Shown here one piece after another: positions 48,643-61,219 of a stretch of 64,000 bases of DNA. The position numbers and the translations under genes are program-made. Origin of the DNA: Trichosphaerium sp. ATCC 40318. Taxonomy: Eukaryota; Protista; Tubulinea. Below the pieces are notes generated by a model. The model did no database searches. It saw nothing but the letters and a program-made list of their open reading frames with translations, and was not told the origin of the DNA. Within the stretch, counting starts at the first letter, position 1, and each line of letters starts with the position of its first letter. The stretch spans positions 16,941 to 80,940 of the forward strand of contig JALMLS010000550.1 in the NCBI GenBank assembly GCA_038496445.1. Reading direction: 5' to 3'.

Positions 48643-49570
48643 GTTTTGCGTCTTACAATGTCGTTAATTATATTAATGAACATTTTGTGTTTGACCAAAC
48701 AAAGTTATTTTCTCTAAAATTTTATAAACAAATCATGAAATGGCTTATGGTTGTAGGCAAAGCAATAATAATTGCCGATGAAGGCGTTATATTTGCTGTG
48801 TCGATTTTCATTTAAAACTGGGACATATGTCCAAAATATGGGCTAAGAACTTGTGTGTTGAATACCTTACGCTCACAGATAACTATAAAGCCAATGATAG
48901 CTAAAAAGAATAGTTTGGATTCGAACATAAAATGAAACGTTTTTTTCAGGTCGCTTTGGTCGGCAACATCCCATAAAACAGCCAATTGCGTACCATTTTC
49001 TTAGTACAACAAAAACGGTTTTAGTGATTGTAGGTGTGCAGAAAACTCAAAATTTAATGCTCTTGTTCCAAATTTCTAGTTTGGAACTAGTTTGCGCTAT
49101 CACCTGCTTTTTAGGACTTCCAATATCTCTAAATCGCTCTGAAGTGTAATTTTCTACACATACATAGGTCCGAAGCCCGCACTCAAGTGCGTTTAGCCAA
49201 ATTAGAAGAATACAGGACTAAACGGCACAAGCAGCTCTTTTATGACTACATATGCTTTGAGTACGTTATTTAGTACAACTTCGAAGGGGTTTGAGCTATT
49301 TTTTTTTTCCAACCTGTACAACAGGCTATTAGCATCGATACGCGTAGCCACTACTCTAGTTATCACTATTTTCTCGTTTTAAGCAAAGTTAGCATATTTT
49401 GAAAATCGTTGTACCCAAAAAATAGTCTACGTAAGCTTACAACTGAACAGGGTAGTTCATAGCTGGTGAGCAAATACTAGGTCATGTTTATAGACTGAAA
49501 AGTAGAAAAGTATCACGTGATGCGAAACGGCATTTCAGTTTCAGGTTTACTTACACTCACTGTTATTTAG

Positions 49571-49849
49571 CCAACACTCACTCAACCACGTGATACCAAA
49601 TCAACCATCCCTTCAGTTGCTCCAACAACACCAATACCTGTTCAAAACAATGAAACTGATTGGGTGTCAATATTGACAAGGTTGGGTATCTCAAGTGAGC
49701 GAGCACAAGAACTTGGATCATTGATGAATGATCTCGACATTCAAGTCAATGAAATTGATCAAGAAGTGTTGATGGAACTTGGATTCAACTTGGTGGAACG
49801 TATCAAGGTCCAAAGCAAAGCAAAAAATATCTACAGCCAATACTATTAA
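49571..49849 (+). pseudogene. Orphan duplicated SAM-like terminal exon (inverted copy of R2 last exon with its acceptor)
   Basis: Near-identical to the reverse complement of ~46880-47160; no upstream RCC1 exon on this strand. Confidence 0.7.
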
Positions 49850-50691
49850 GGAAGCCCTTAAGGTGGTTTAGAATAGAACATAAATAATATAGCCGACCAC
49901 CACGTTGTTCATATGTTATTTTCTAGCTGTACAGTGTTCCCACAAACATTCTGTAATCAAGCGCAATACCAACACTTTTTGTTTGCAGCTTCACCTACTA
50001 TGTAACCTCCAACAACACACCTCAACAACTCTATCACCTACAACGCTTCCTCCAACGACAATACTACCTCCTACGATACTAGACCAACAACTGTAGCACT
50101 AACGTCTTTAGCTAAAAACTGAATTATGCTAGCCGTCTCATACATTCTTTCTTTGTTACCTCTGTACTATTTGCTCTTGCAAGTAATACATTAAAATGCT
50201 TAAGAACAATCTGACTTGCGTTATCATGTAGTACCAACATCAACACTTACAAGAATAGTCTACTTTGACAAACCATGATTTCTTTTGGAAAGCAACAATA
50301 TAATCGCCTCTGTGGAACCTGCGTTTAACTGGTACAAACTATATGAAGTCTTAGTTTATACAATGTTTCATTTTGTTGATGATGCTACCACCGCTTATCA
50401 TTTAAGGGTTTGCAAGTAACTAAAATCAATAACATCAGACTGTCTAAAAGCACAGAGATTGTACCCTGGACTTTGCATTGTTTGGTGTTAATCCGGCAGC
50501 AACAATTTTGAAACTATACTCTTTCATATCACGTTTTTCTTCCTTTTTTCTTCCCTGTATCGTCAAACAGTTTTCAGGCTTTGAAAACAAGCAATGTGCT
50601 GGATCAAAGAATGGTAGTAATGACAACCTACATACATAAATTTACTCATGTTAAGTCCGTTTTGTAGAAGCCAATATTTTTAAGCACGTTT

Positions 50692-52472
50692 ATGGCAGAG
50701 GCACAAAATTTAGAGGTTAATTTACAATATGTTAACCGTTTGGCCATTGGTTTCCAACATTCGATGGCAATCGCAGACGATGGCTTCATTTACACGTGGG
50801 GAGTAAACGATGAGCGCCAACTGGGTAATACAGACGAATTAAAGAGTTCTATCGCAAGACCAATAAAGTCACTCATAAATATCGTCTGTATTGCTGCTGG
50901 ATACAAGCATAGCGTTGCAGTTGATTCAAACGGTATTGTGTATGCATGGGGCTTTAATAAACACGGTTCATTGGGTCTGGGTCACTTCAAGTCACCTATT
51001 TCGTCGCCAAGATGTGTTCCAAATCTCACCGAAATAACTCAAGTCACTGCCGATCATGTGAGTATGGCGTTATCACATTCAGGCCATGTCTACTCTTGGG
51101 GAGACAACCGATATCATGGAGTGGGCCATTCATTTGACAGTGATACTGTTTCATCACCAGCGGTTATTCCAAATCTTGAAAATGTTCAAAAAATTGAAAC
51201 TAATTGTTATGTAAGTGGAGCAATGACATCAAGAGGTCATGTCTTTCTTTGGGGAACAACAAAAGACAAAGCAAAAGGCAAAGCATTATTCTTGAATCCA
51301 AAGACAATTTCACGTGTTCCAAACATTGAAGATGCCACTGGTATTGCCATTGGTTTTCAGCATGTACTTGTTCTCCTCAAGTCAGGACAAGTATTTTCGT
51401 TTGGATACAACTATAATGGGTGTCTTGGATTGGGTATTGATGGCAAGTATGACCACGGTATCATCAAAGGACTCAATAACATCGTATCTGTACATGCTGG
51501 TGTATCGTCATCATTTGCAATTGATGATGAAGGTTGTTTATTTGGATGGGGTAAAGGGAAATGGACTGATTGGTTCTCATCAAACAAACCATTAAAATTA
51601 CCTGGAAAATGTCTTGAGTTTGCCTTTAAATCATATCATTACTTGGCAATATCTCATGATTTCAGATTGGTTACGGGTGGTAAGAATCGTTATGGTGACA
51701 ACAGTTATGAACAATCTTCACCTCAAAAATTGACATTCAACAATCACAAAAAGGTACTTTGTCATCTTATCCGTCTGCCTCAATTTATTTGACACATTAT
51801 TTTATTTAAGCAAACTCACTTTGAACACCAAAATGACAAGGTCAATAAAACAGCCATAGATAAAGACGATATAAAAGAAGACAAAGACAAGTACTTATCA
51901 AAAGCTGTGATTGATACCGATCGTGATTACACCAAGTTTGGAGATGCTCCTGAACATCTTGATATGATTCAAGATGCCTTTGAAGCCTTAAAAATACACC
52001 AAAATCAAGAAGAATACATCAATGATAATGTAAGTACTTGAACACAAAACTACGTGTCTAAAAGATTGTAGGGCGAATGCATACCGCTTGATACAGATGG
52101 GTCCCCTTCATCGAGCTATAAGAACATGCTCTTATCTCAACAATCATGGATTGACAAACCTCACTTCTCAGTTGCTGACACAAAGGTGCCTATCTCTTTT
52201 ATCTGATTTTATGATTGACGTTAATCACGTTTATTTAGTCGGATTTCTGTCCACCTCCAGAGAATCAATCAATTATTACTGAAAAATTTGATTGGAAGTC
52301 AGCATTGATGAGGTTGGGTATTTCAAGTGAAAAAGCACAAGAACTCGGATCATTGATGGATGAAGCAGGTATTGAACCCGGTGATGTCACCTCAGATGTG
52401 CTGAAAGAGCTTGATTTCAGTCCACTCGAACGTATCAAGGTCATCAAAGCAAAACGCAACAATGCTCTATAA
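50692..52472 (+). CDS. RCC1-repeat + SAM-like protein, paralog R3
   Basis: Same exon structure as R1; 3' exons almost identical to R1. Confidence 0.85.
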
Positions 52473-52563
52473 ATACATTACAGCATCACTTTAGTCATAA
52501 GTGGCACCACCAAAAACGTTTACGTACTGTAAGAAGTGCACCCAATAAAATCAAATCCGGAAC

Positions 52564-52892
52564 TAGAGGTGGTCGCTAAATGGCTATAGCTGTAGCCGTT
52601 TATGTTGTTGGGACCGGGTATAACTGTACTAAGAAAAGGAAAATAAGGCAAAACTCAAACCTTTTTTGACTGCTTTTTTTTGCTTGATACTTGGTTTTGG
52701 ACCTTTATATATTGAACATAAACAAACTTCAAAGCCGTTGAGATCACATAGAACTGATACAAAGTATGTGTTGCCATGGTTCAACACCAACAAAATCTCA
52801 TTAAACAGTTGGCCCGATTACAGATTTTACTGAGTTTCTGCTAACCGGCTACAGATTTTGTAGCCGCCTTAGCTGGGGCCGGTCCACCTCTA
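52564..52892. mobile_element. hAT-type MITE, 8-bp TSD TCCGGAAC
   Basis: TIR TAGAGGTGG / CCACCTCTA; TCCGGAAC at 52556-52563 and 52893-52900; subterminal GGCTAC/GTAGCC motifs. Confidence 0.9.
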
Positions 52893-53312
52893 TCCGGAAC
52901 TGTTTGGTTTAAACTATCCAAAAACCATCAACAAGAATGTAAAAATTAATCTACAAATGGATTCCTTTCAGTATGTACGAACCTTGTGGTCAGCAAGCAA
53001 GCAAAGGACATTATTCCCTCTTAAGAGGGTCCATCACTTTGCTTTCAAAACCTGACATCATGTTCGCTCACATCATCCATTGGTTGTGGAGTGATTATCG
53101 GGTATACCGTTTTATATAAAATTCATGGATCTACTCGGTACTGCGCATAGCAGTCACATGTCGATCAATACGTAACTGAAACGGGTATTTTGTTATTTAT
53201 GTGAATAAGTGCACTAGTTCTAAGCGTTTTTTGTAGAAAATCGCATTAGCTAAAAACATGTTAAGTCCACGTGATTCCAAAGCTGTCTTTTTTTTTCAAA
53301 TACAAGAAACTC

Positions 53313-54492
53313 ATGGAACCGCCTGTTACAACGGAAGGGATACAAGAACTCGCCAACAAACTCAATGATGCAGTTAGCACGCGAATACAAGAGCTTGAAG
53401 AGTTAGAGCGGAAGTATCAGAAAATAAACACAATGTAAGTGTTTTTTTTGTACTTTTTATTTGCTTACAACGCACTACCTAGCGTACAAACATTCAACGA
53501 GAATGTATTATTGGATGTTGGTGGTGTTAAATATAGGGTTTCGTTAAAAAACCTCCAAAAGTATCCAGACTCTATGCTAGGAGCTATGTTTAGGTATGTA
53601 GGGATAAAAGAGATTAAATGGTTAACTGACATTGACACAGTGGTCGTTTTGGTGTCAAAAAGCTAGAAGACGGTTCAGTTTTCATTGATAGAGATGGTGA
53701 GCTCTTCAATTACGTCCTGAACTACCTTCGCAATGGGACTATTTGTTATGACTCAAAAGACAAAGTCTTGTGCAAGAGACTAAACGAGGAGGCTGATTTT
53801 TATCAGATAGAAGGCTTCACGGCCATCTTGAGGCATATGGTATTTAAGAAGTTCCTTCGTTGTTGTTCTTACTTTATTCTTATCCTATACAGGAGGTTAT
53901 AGATGTTCTCAGTCTACAAGCTAAGTATCACGAGGGTCAATGGGATGTAAATCATAGTGGCGAACTTTATCAGCGTTGCATAGACAAGAGACCTTTGTTT
54001 ATCGTCTATGGTGAATACAACTGGCACGACTATATTATAGAGTGCGATTTATACAACAAGTCTACCATTCAGAACCCATTCGGACACCCTGGTATTGTTT
54101 TTCATGCCAAGGAAGATAAATGTAAGTTCTTTTACAGAATACCCTTATCACTGATTTTTTTTGTAGCATTTTTTGTTGTCTATTTTAGACCACATTTAAG
54201 CGATACGGACAGAGCTGTTCAGTACGCTACGGTAGATAAAGAAGGTACCTTAAATTATGTGACAACGTACAAGACAGTTGTACCTGATAAAGAGTGGTTC
54301 TCAGTCAAGCTACACGTGAAAAGCTCAAAAGGAAAAGTTGAAATATTTTGTAAGGGTGAAAATGTTGGTACAGTTTGTATAGCATCAGGAGGTTGTGGTG
54401 CTGTTGGTTTGTTTCAACATCAACAATTGGGTAGGTTCAGAAACTTTAAATGTACACACGTTAAGAAGTGGTCATCTGTAAAAAAAAGCTGA
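53313..54492 (+). CDS. KCTD-type BTB/POZ protein with N-terminal coiled coil and C-terminal ConA-like beta-sandwich
   Basis: VLLDVGGVKYRVSLKNLQKYPDSMLGAMF..VFIDRDGELFNYVLNYLRNG..EEADFYQI; C-terminal WHDYIIECD..GIVF..WFSVKLHV..GAVGLF..FRNF. Confidence 0.85.
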
Positions 54493-54876
54493 ATAAAAAA
54501 AACCCGTTGCAAATACTACTTGATAGCAAGTCATAGTGTTGGTCAACAAGTTTTTACCTATCCTTAAATTCCTTCTTGTTGATGTAGTAAAAGCCATCTT
54601 GGGCTGAAGCTTGTATTTACAAGCTTCTTTGGCAATGGATGTAAGCACTTGTTGTGCGGCTGTGGATTTTTCCTATTTGTTTGACATTTCCCAAGTTACG
54701 TTTCAGCTTCGCCAATATTTGTATTCACAGATCGCCACAGGTGAAACAGTACTTGGATACTACGTAATTCTTATAAGGACCAAGTAGTAGCACTTGTTTC
54801 AGAGCTCATGGCTTAAATGGGTAGTGCATATATGATTAAGTTCGCTTTGTCTTCAGTCGCCACGTGGGCATTGGCA

Positions 54877-57095
54877 ATGGCGCGTACTAAGACTATCATC
54901 ACCCTTGCTTCTGTAGGCCTTGTCACAGTGTTTCTACTCAATTACGCATCTCTTATAACAGAAAACAACCCAATACTCGTCATAGTAGAGCCTATAGATG
55001 ATAAAATCGCTGGAATAGATGATACCAGCGTCGAAGAACCACGTGATGTTAATTTACGTGATACAAAAGAAAAAACAACGGAAGAAAGCTTTGACAAACA
55101 TAAAATCACGTGGGAGCGCGATAATCCGATACTAAAAGCCTCTGGTAAGTATTTTTCAATTAATATCTCTGGATAGTGACGTGATGTAGGAAACGCTGAT
55201 TTTATAAGTACGTTTACCTATTATAAACACGTGACAGGCTTATTTGAATAAAACTCTCGGAGTTTCTCTTTGTGTTGCTTGAAAAAAAATAGAGAAACTC
55301 GCTGAAAGGATTTAGTGGTTGACGCGGGATAGCACTATTATTTCTAGCTCTAAAGCATATCTTTGTTGTGACGTTGCACCATTGCTTTATCATCCAGGCT
55401 CAAAATACACCTCATTGGCGAAAAAAACCCCTCTAAGGATGTTAACGATGCACGTGATTTCACGAAAAGATCCATGTTGCGTTGAATAATATTGGCGCTA
55501 TTCCGTGTCAACCACACATATATTCTTGAAGTGGATTTTTTTAACTTAACTTCGATATAAGGTCACTACACAACATGGATACAAACTGAAAAGGATTATA
55601 TTGAAAGCGAGGAAAAGTGGAAAATGCAACAATGGCTTTGGAATTATCAAATGGAATCAAAGTGCAATCGCTTATTGCAAATTGCTCCAAGATGGGGAGG
55701 GCTTGGCGCAGACATGTGGCGCGTGGTAAGACGGGAATTAATTTACGTGTTTTTAAATGCTGAACTCAAAAAGTTCCAGTCAGCGAAAGGCCATTGAAAT
55801 CAATATACTTGATCACGTTTAATTGCGCTTAGGTTACTTCTATGGTATCTTCTTTTGAGAGTAATAGAACTATTTCACTTCAGCGTGGTAGCTTATCTCA
55901 ATATGCCCACGTGTCATTATGCCCAAAGCAAACCTTTGACTGCTTCTTTAATCAATTCACTATTTGTCCCACATTTGTTTCTAAGTTGAATACAAGTGAA
56001 GATAAGTATGATATATTCCGTCCTGATTCGCCTGTTATCACTAAACCTACAACTAAGTTTGGCAAAACGAAGAGGTACGCCAAAAGCAAACCAAAAAAAT
56101 TTACACGTGTCACGTTTCTTCGAAATCACGTGATGAACGAAACTAATCATGTGTTTTTTTTACTCTGTTGTAATGTACTCGCTTGAAACTGATATTGTTT
56201 TAAAATCTAGAGGTCTTCTTTGGTACTATGCACAGGTTCTTCATTTCGTATGGCAGCCACTTCCTGAGGTTATGGAGGTAGTAATGGACATTCGAAAAAA
56301 AATTAAATGGCAACATCCTTTGATTTGTTTACATATACGTCATGGTGATGGATATACTGAGAATAAGCTTCATCCTATAGAAGGGTTTATTAATGGTATA
56401 ACAAAGCTACAAAAGCATTTCAACAAAACGAAAGGACAGCATGTCAATAGGATTTTTTTAGCAACAGATGATCCTGAAGTTATTGAAGTAATGAAAAATT
56501 CAACAAGCTATGATGTTATATACAATGAGGAACCGAGAAAAAATATCAGAGGGTCTCAGCTTGTAGAGCAGTATAAACATCTAGGTAATCTACTTAAATT
56601 TACCATCTGTCTTGCGTAAGCAAGTAGGATCTAACGCTTTTTCCATTTTTTTTCTTGTCATTTTTTAAGTGTTCCAGTGTGCCGTAGTTGAGCTTGTTGT
56701 GTGCTTCATACGCAAAGGTTTACACTCTGCGCTTCCTTGGATAGTATTTTCTTGAACGTAGCATTATTTTTCTGCACCTGAAGCTCGTAGACATTCTTTT
56801 TTTTTTGGCCTGTTTTTAGTCAACTTGTTTTGTTTGTTCGTTTTCTCTGCTACTAGTATTATGTGATTCTTATTTTTTTGTTTCAGGTCATTTACCTACT
56901 ATACAAGTTATTGCGAATATGATAATGATGAGCGATTGTGATGGATGGGTTGGCACATTTAGAAGTAACTTTGCAAAGTTACCATTTCTACTTAGCTATG
57001 CAAAGTATGGCTATGTTATGCCACATCATAGCGTTCATGATGATAAGGGATGGCCTGGTTTGAGTTTTGACACACGTGAGTTGAATTGGCAGTAA
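54877..57095 (+). CDS. GT23 alpha-1,6-fucosyltransferase-like (FUT8/NodZ family) type II membrane protein
   Basis: N-terminal TM anchor; LHIRHGD; IFLATDDPEVI; MSDCDGWVGTFRSNFAKL. Confidence 0.8.
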
Positions 57096-57579
57096 AAGAC
57101 TAGAATAACATGTCGCATCCTATTGATCAACAGCAACTAATGTAACTGTATCATATCAAGCCAATAAAACAGTGGCTATCCAAAGTTGTTGCTTCATTCT
57201 TTTACTTTAACCTGTCTATTTTTCACGTGGGGTAATGCACCTTTAAATTGGAGAATAGTTCCGTGTTCAAACAACTACCGCATGTATTTAATTTTACCAT
57301 GATGAGGTACTTAACTTCTAGTGTTTGCTTTTTAATTTGATTTCATTAAGTTGTATAAAAATAGCACAGAATGATCACGCTGCAATTGAATATGTTATCA
57401 TTCTTTTTCATTTAAGAGCAACGCACTGCATCTTACTACTTCGTTCCATATTGATATTTGATTGTACTGGTAGCTGATATTACAGGCCATTTTGCCATAA
57501 TGCTATTAATAGAACTTGTCACGTTTAGTAAAAAACTATTTATTCTAAACTGCAGTATCAATCTCATTCTTGTATCAGT

Positions 57580-59376
57580 TCAAATGAGGTTCTTGCGCTT
57601 GGCTTTGGTGACCTTGATACGTTCCTTCAAATTGAATTCAAGTTCAATTAAGATGTCTTGGTCAATGTCATTGGGTTTAATGCGTAATTCGTTCATCAAT
57701 GATCCAAGTTCCTGTGCTCGCTCACTTGCGATACCCAACCTGGCAAGTGATGAAGTCCAATCCAAGCCAATGATTTCAGGTTGTATTGGCTGAAGAGCAG
57801 GATTGATTGATTGAGTCTCATACAATTGAGCGAATAGCACCTAAAATGGTTTACTTTTCACCAAAACATTTAAATGTTTCAAGGTTCAATGTACCTTGTT
57901 GGTGTTTACCACAGAAACATGAGGTTTATCAATCCATGATTGCTGAGGTAAATTCAGTTTGCTTACATTGTGTGGTGATCTTACTCTGGTTTCATGATGT
58001 GGTAGAGTAAAAGTAGTAACATCATTCTAGCAAATTTGGTAGTTATTTGATTGTTTAATGTACTTACCTCCTCAATGTATTCTTCTTGATTTTGGTGTAT
58101 TTTAAAGGCTTCAAACGCATCTTGAATCATATCAAGATGTTCAGGAGCATCTCCAAACTTGGTGTAATCATGATTGGGATTAATTACAGCTTTTGATGAG
58201 TACTTGTCTTTGTCTACTTTTATATCATCTTTATCTATGGTTGTTTTATTGACGTTGGCATTTTGGTGTTTAAGGTGGGTTTGCTTAATGATTCAATAAA
58301 CAAACAAATGGATAAGATGACAAAGGTACCTTTTTGTGATTGTTGAATGTCAGTTGTTGTGGTGAAGCTGATCTAAAATCATTACGACCACTTGTAACCA
58401 GTCTGAAATCATGAGATATTGCCAAGTAATGATATACTTTATTGGCAAACTCAAGATATTTTCCAGGTAATTGTAATGGTTTGTTTGATGAGAACGAATC
58501 AATCCATTTCCCTTTACCCCAACCAAACAAACAACCTTCATCATCAATCGCATATGATGTATGTGTACCAGCATGTACAGATAAGATGTTATTGAGCCTT
58601 TTGATGATACCTTGGCCATACTTGTCGCCAATACCCAACCCAAGACACCCATACCAGTCATATCCAAAAGAAAATACTTGTCCTGACTTGAGGAGAACAA
58701 GCACATGATTATAACCAATAGCGATATCAGTGGCATGTCCAATGTTTGGAACACGTGAAATTGTCTTTCCTCGTTTCAAGAATAATGCTTTATCGTCTGC
58801 TTCATCTTTTGTTGTTCCCCAAAGAAAGACATGGCCTGTTGATGTTATTGCTCCATTTACATACAAATTAGTTTGAATTTTTTGAACATTTTCAAGATTT
58901 GGAATAACCACTGGTGATGAAACTGTCTTGTCGAATGAATGACCCAATCCATGAAATCTATTGTCTCCCCAAGAGTAGACATGACCTGAATGTGATAACG
59001 CCATACTCAAAAGATAGGCAGAGACTTTCGTGATATTGTTGAGATTTGGAACACGTGTTGGTGACGAAACAGGTGATGTAAAGTGACCCAGACCCAATGC
59101 ACCTTCTGAATTTTTGCCCCATGAATACACAATACCGTTTGAATCAACTGCAAGGCTATGGCGCCATCCAGCAGCAATACAGACGATATTTATGAGTGAC
59201 GTTATTGGTCTTGCGATAGAACTCATTTTTACGCGTGTATTACCCAATTGGCGCTCATAATTTCGTCCCCACGTGTAAACAAAACCATCATCTGCGATTA
59301 CCATTGAATGTTGGAAACCAACGTCCAAACGGTTAACACATTGTAATTTAACCTCTAAACGTTGTGGTTCTGCCAT
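57580..59376 (-). CDS. RCC1-repeat + SAM-like protein, paralog R4
   Basis: RCC1 exon 58330-59376, R1-type linker exon, last exon DWTSSLARLGIASERAQELG..LIELEFNLKERIKV. Confidence 0.85.
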
Positions 59377-59629
59377 TAATGTTTATTTAAATAATGCCTG
59401 TATTTGACAGGCAAATCTCACTATGAGACACGATAATGCAGATGGGGATTAACACAAGAATTGTACCAAGTTCATGTTTTTGCAGCCATTAGCTTGCACT
59501 TTTGGGATTGATCTGGATTTGATTCACACGTTCTTGTTGATCTACAATACCAGAGTGGAGGAGAGAATACCGTCTCACTCAGCTTCGACCCTCTTGTACA
59601 TACACAACAAATTACATAAACTCTTTCCG

Positions 59630-60900
59630 GGTAAGTTGAAAAATTATGGATAGTAAAAATTTTTAAACAGCCCAAAAACCCTCGCAATCCGCTCTTGCAT
59701 GTATGTAAAACCCATTGCGACACCATAATTGGTAATGAAAAAATAAAAGTTATGGATAGTAAAATCGCTATGGTAAAACCCTGTCAAAACTTCTTAACAA
59801 TCTTCAAAAACTCATCACGTGCGCATTTTTAACCTGTTGCGCGAGTATCGCAATAAACCAAAGAAAACTAACTCTAAGGTTAAGGTGGCATCTTTCATGC
59901 GTAAGAAAAATATCTAGGGTAAGATTGTTGAGTGGTTACTTGGATAGTGGCTAAAATACTGGTGGTCCAAAACAGATTCTAACTCAACGTGTTTGTCTGA
60001 TTTTGAAAAAAAACTGTGGACTATCTCGTGAGACTTTAAGTTTTTTGTCACGGAAGTGCAACAGAAATGGTATTGGCAACAATATAGTATTAGCACAAGA
60101 GGTGTGTGAGCTTCTATCCGAGAAAGTAAAAGCGTTATCAGAAGAAAAGGTAGAAAGCTTCTTTAAGTGAACATCACAGAAAAGAGAGATAAAAAAAAAA
60201 AATTTCATTGTTTTGAAGATTGCCGACACAGTAGAAAAGAAGTAAAAGACAAAGTGATGATACGATGCGATTACTGTGATATATGGTACCACTCTGAATG
60301 CCTTGATTGGGACAATAAGGCATGGAAGAGAAAAAGTAAGGCCAAAGTGATTTGTGTCACGATTTTTACACAAAGTTGTATAAGGACATGCTCACCTGAC
60401 CCCGGAAATGGTAGAAAACAATAAAAAATCATCCTTTTCAAGACATTATAGTACATTGAACCTTAAAAAGCAAGGAAACAAACAGGTATTGATTGACAGA
60501 CTCGCAAATGCAACAAATCCTGAGAGGTAAAAAAAATATTGACACTCAATTGCAACATTTTTTGGGGTCTCCACAACGTGATAAACCTATTCTCCTTACT
60601 TCCATCACCATAAATTTTCAGCTATTGCTTAGGTTAATCAGTTAGGTTGGTCAAACACAACATCCTACTGAATTACTAGTGATAGGTGCCGAATGACTTT
60701 GGATTTGTTAAAACTGCCTTTAACGTTCACACATACAATTTGTGACTGTGTTCTTCAAAAAGATGCTTTGAGCATTTCCGATTTATATTACCTTGTAGCA
60801 ACACAGGCTTTTACAGGGAAACTTTTATAAGTCATTTGAAGATAATGTAAGTTCAAAAGCTGAAATAAAATTTTACTATCCATAATTTTTTGGATTACTA
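59630..60900 (+). mobile_element. Decayed DNA-transposon-like relic carrying PHD-finger and SAP fragments
   Basis: AAATTATGGATAGTAAAA (59641; TTATGGATAGTAAAA again ~59750) is inverted at 60871-60888. Interior has MIRCDYCDIWYHSECL (PHD) and LNLKKQGNKQVLIDRL (SAP) with frameshifts. Confidence 0.45.
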
Positions 60901-61219
60901 TCCATAAAGAGATAAATCAATCGATTTATTCAATCAATTAACACAAAAACTTTTTGAATCTGCCACAAGATAAGCAAAATTTCCGCTAGGGGCTTACTTA
61001 CTGAGAAAACTCTTGGCCGTTTTACTGGGAATGTGGAAGGTAGTAAAAGCGTTAGTTACACTGTAACGCTCACACGTGTTGCTTTTTTTTTTCACTTGCT
61101 ACGGAACTCTTACACAAGGTTCTTTGCAACAACGTCGGAAAGTTGTTCATACGCTCACAGCTTGTTGGAATTGTAGTTGGCTGAGATTGTACAATCTGAA
61201 AGGTAAGCAGGCCAACCAA

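Noticed and set aside
32856-59376. Diversity-generating retroelement explaining RCC1 variability
   Set aside because: Substitutions are not adenine-specific, there is no template repeat, and the nearby RT is LINE-type.
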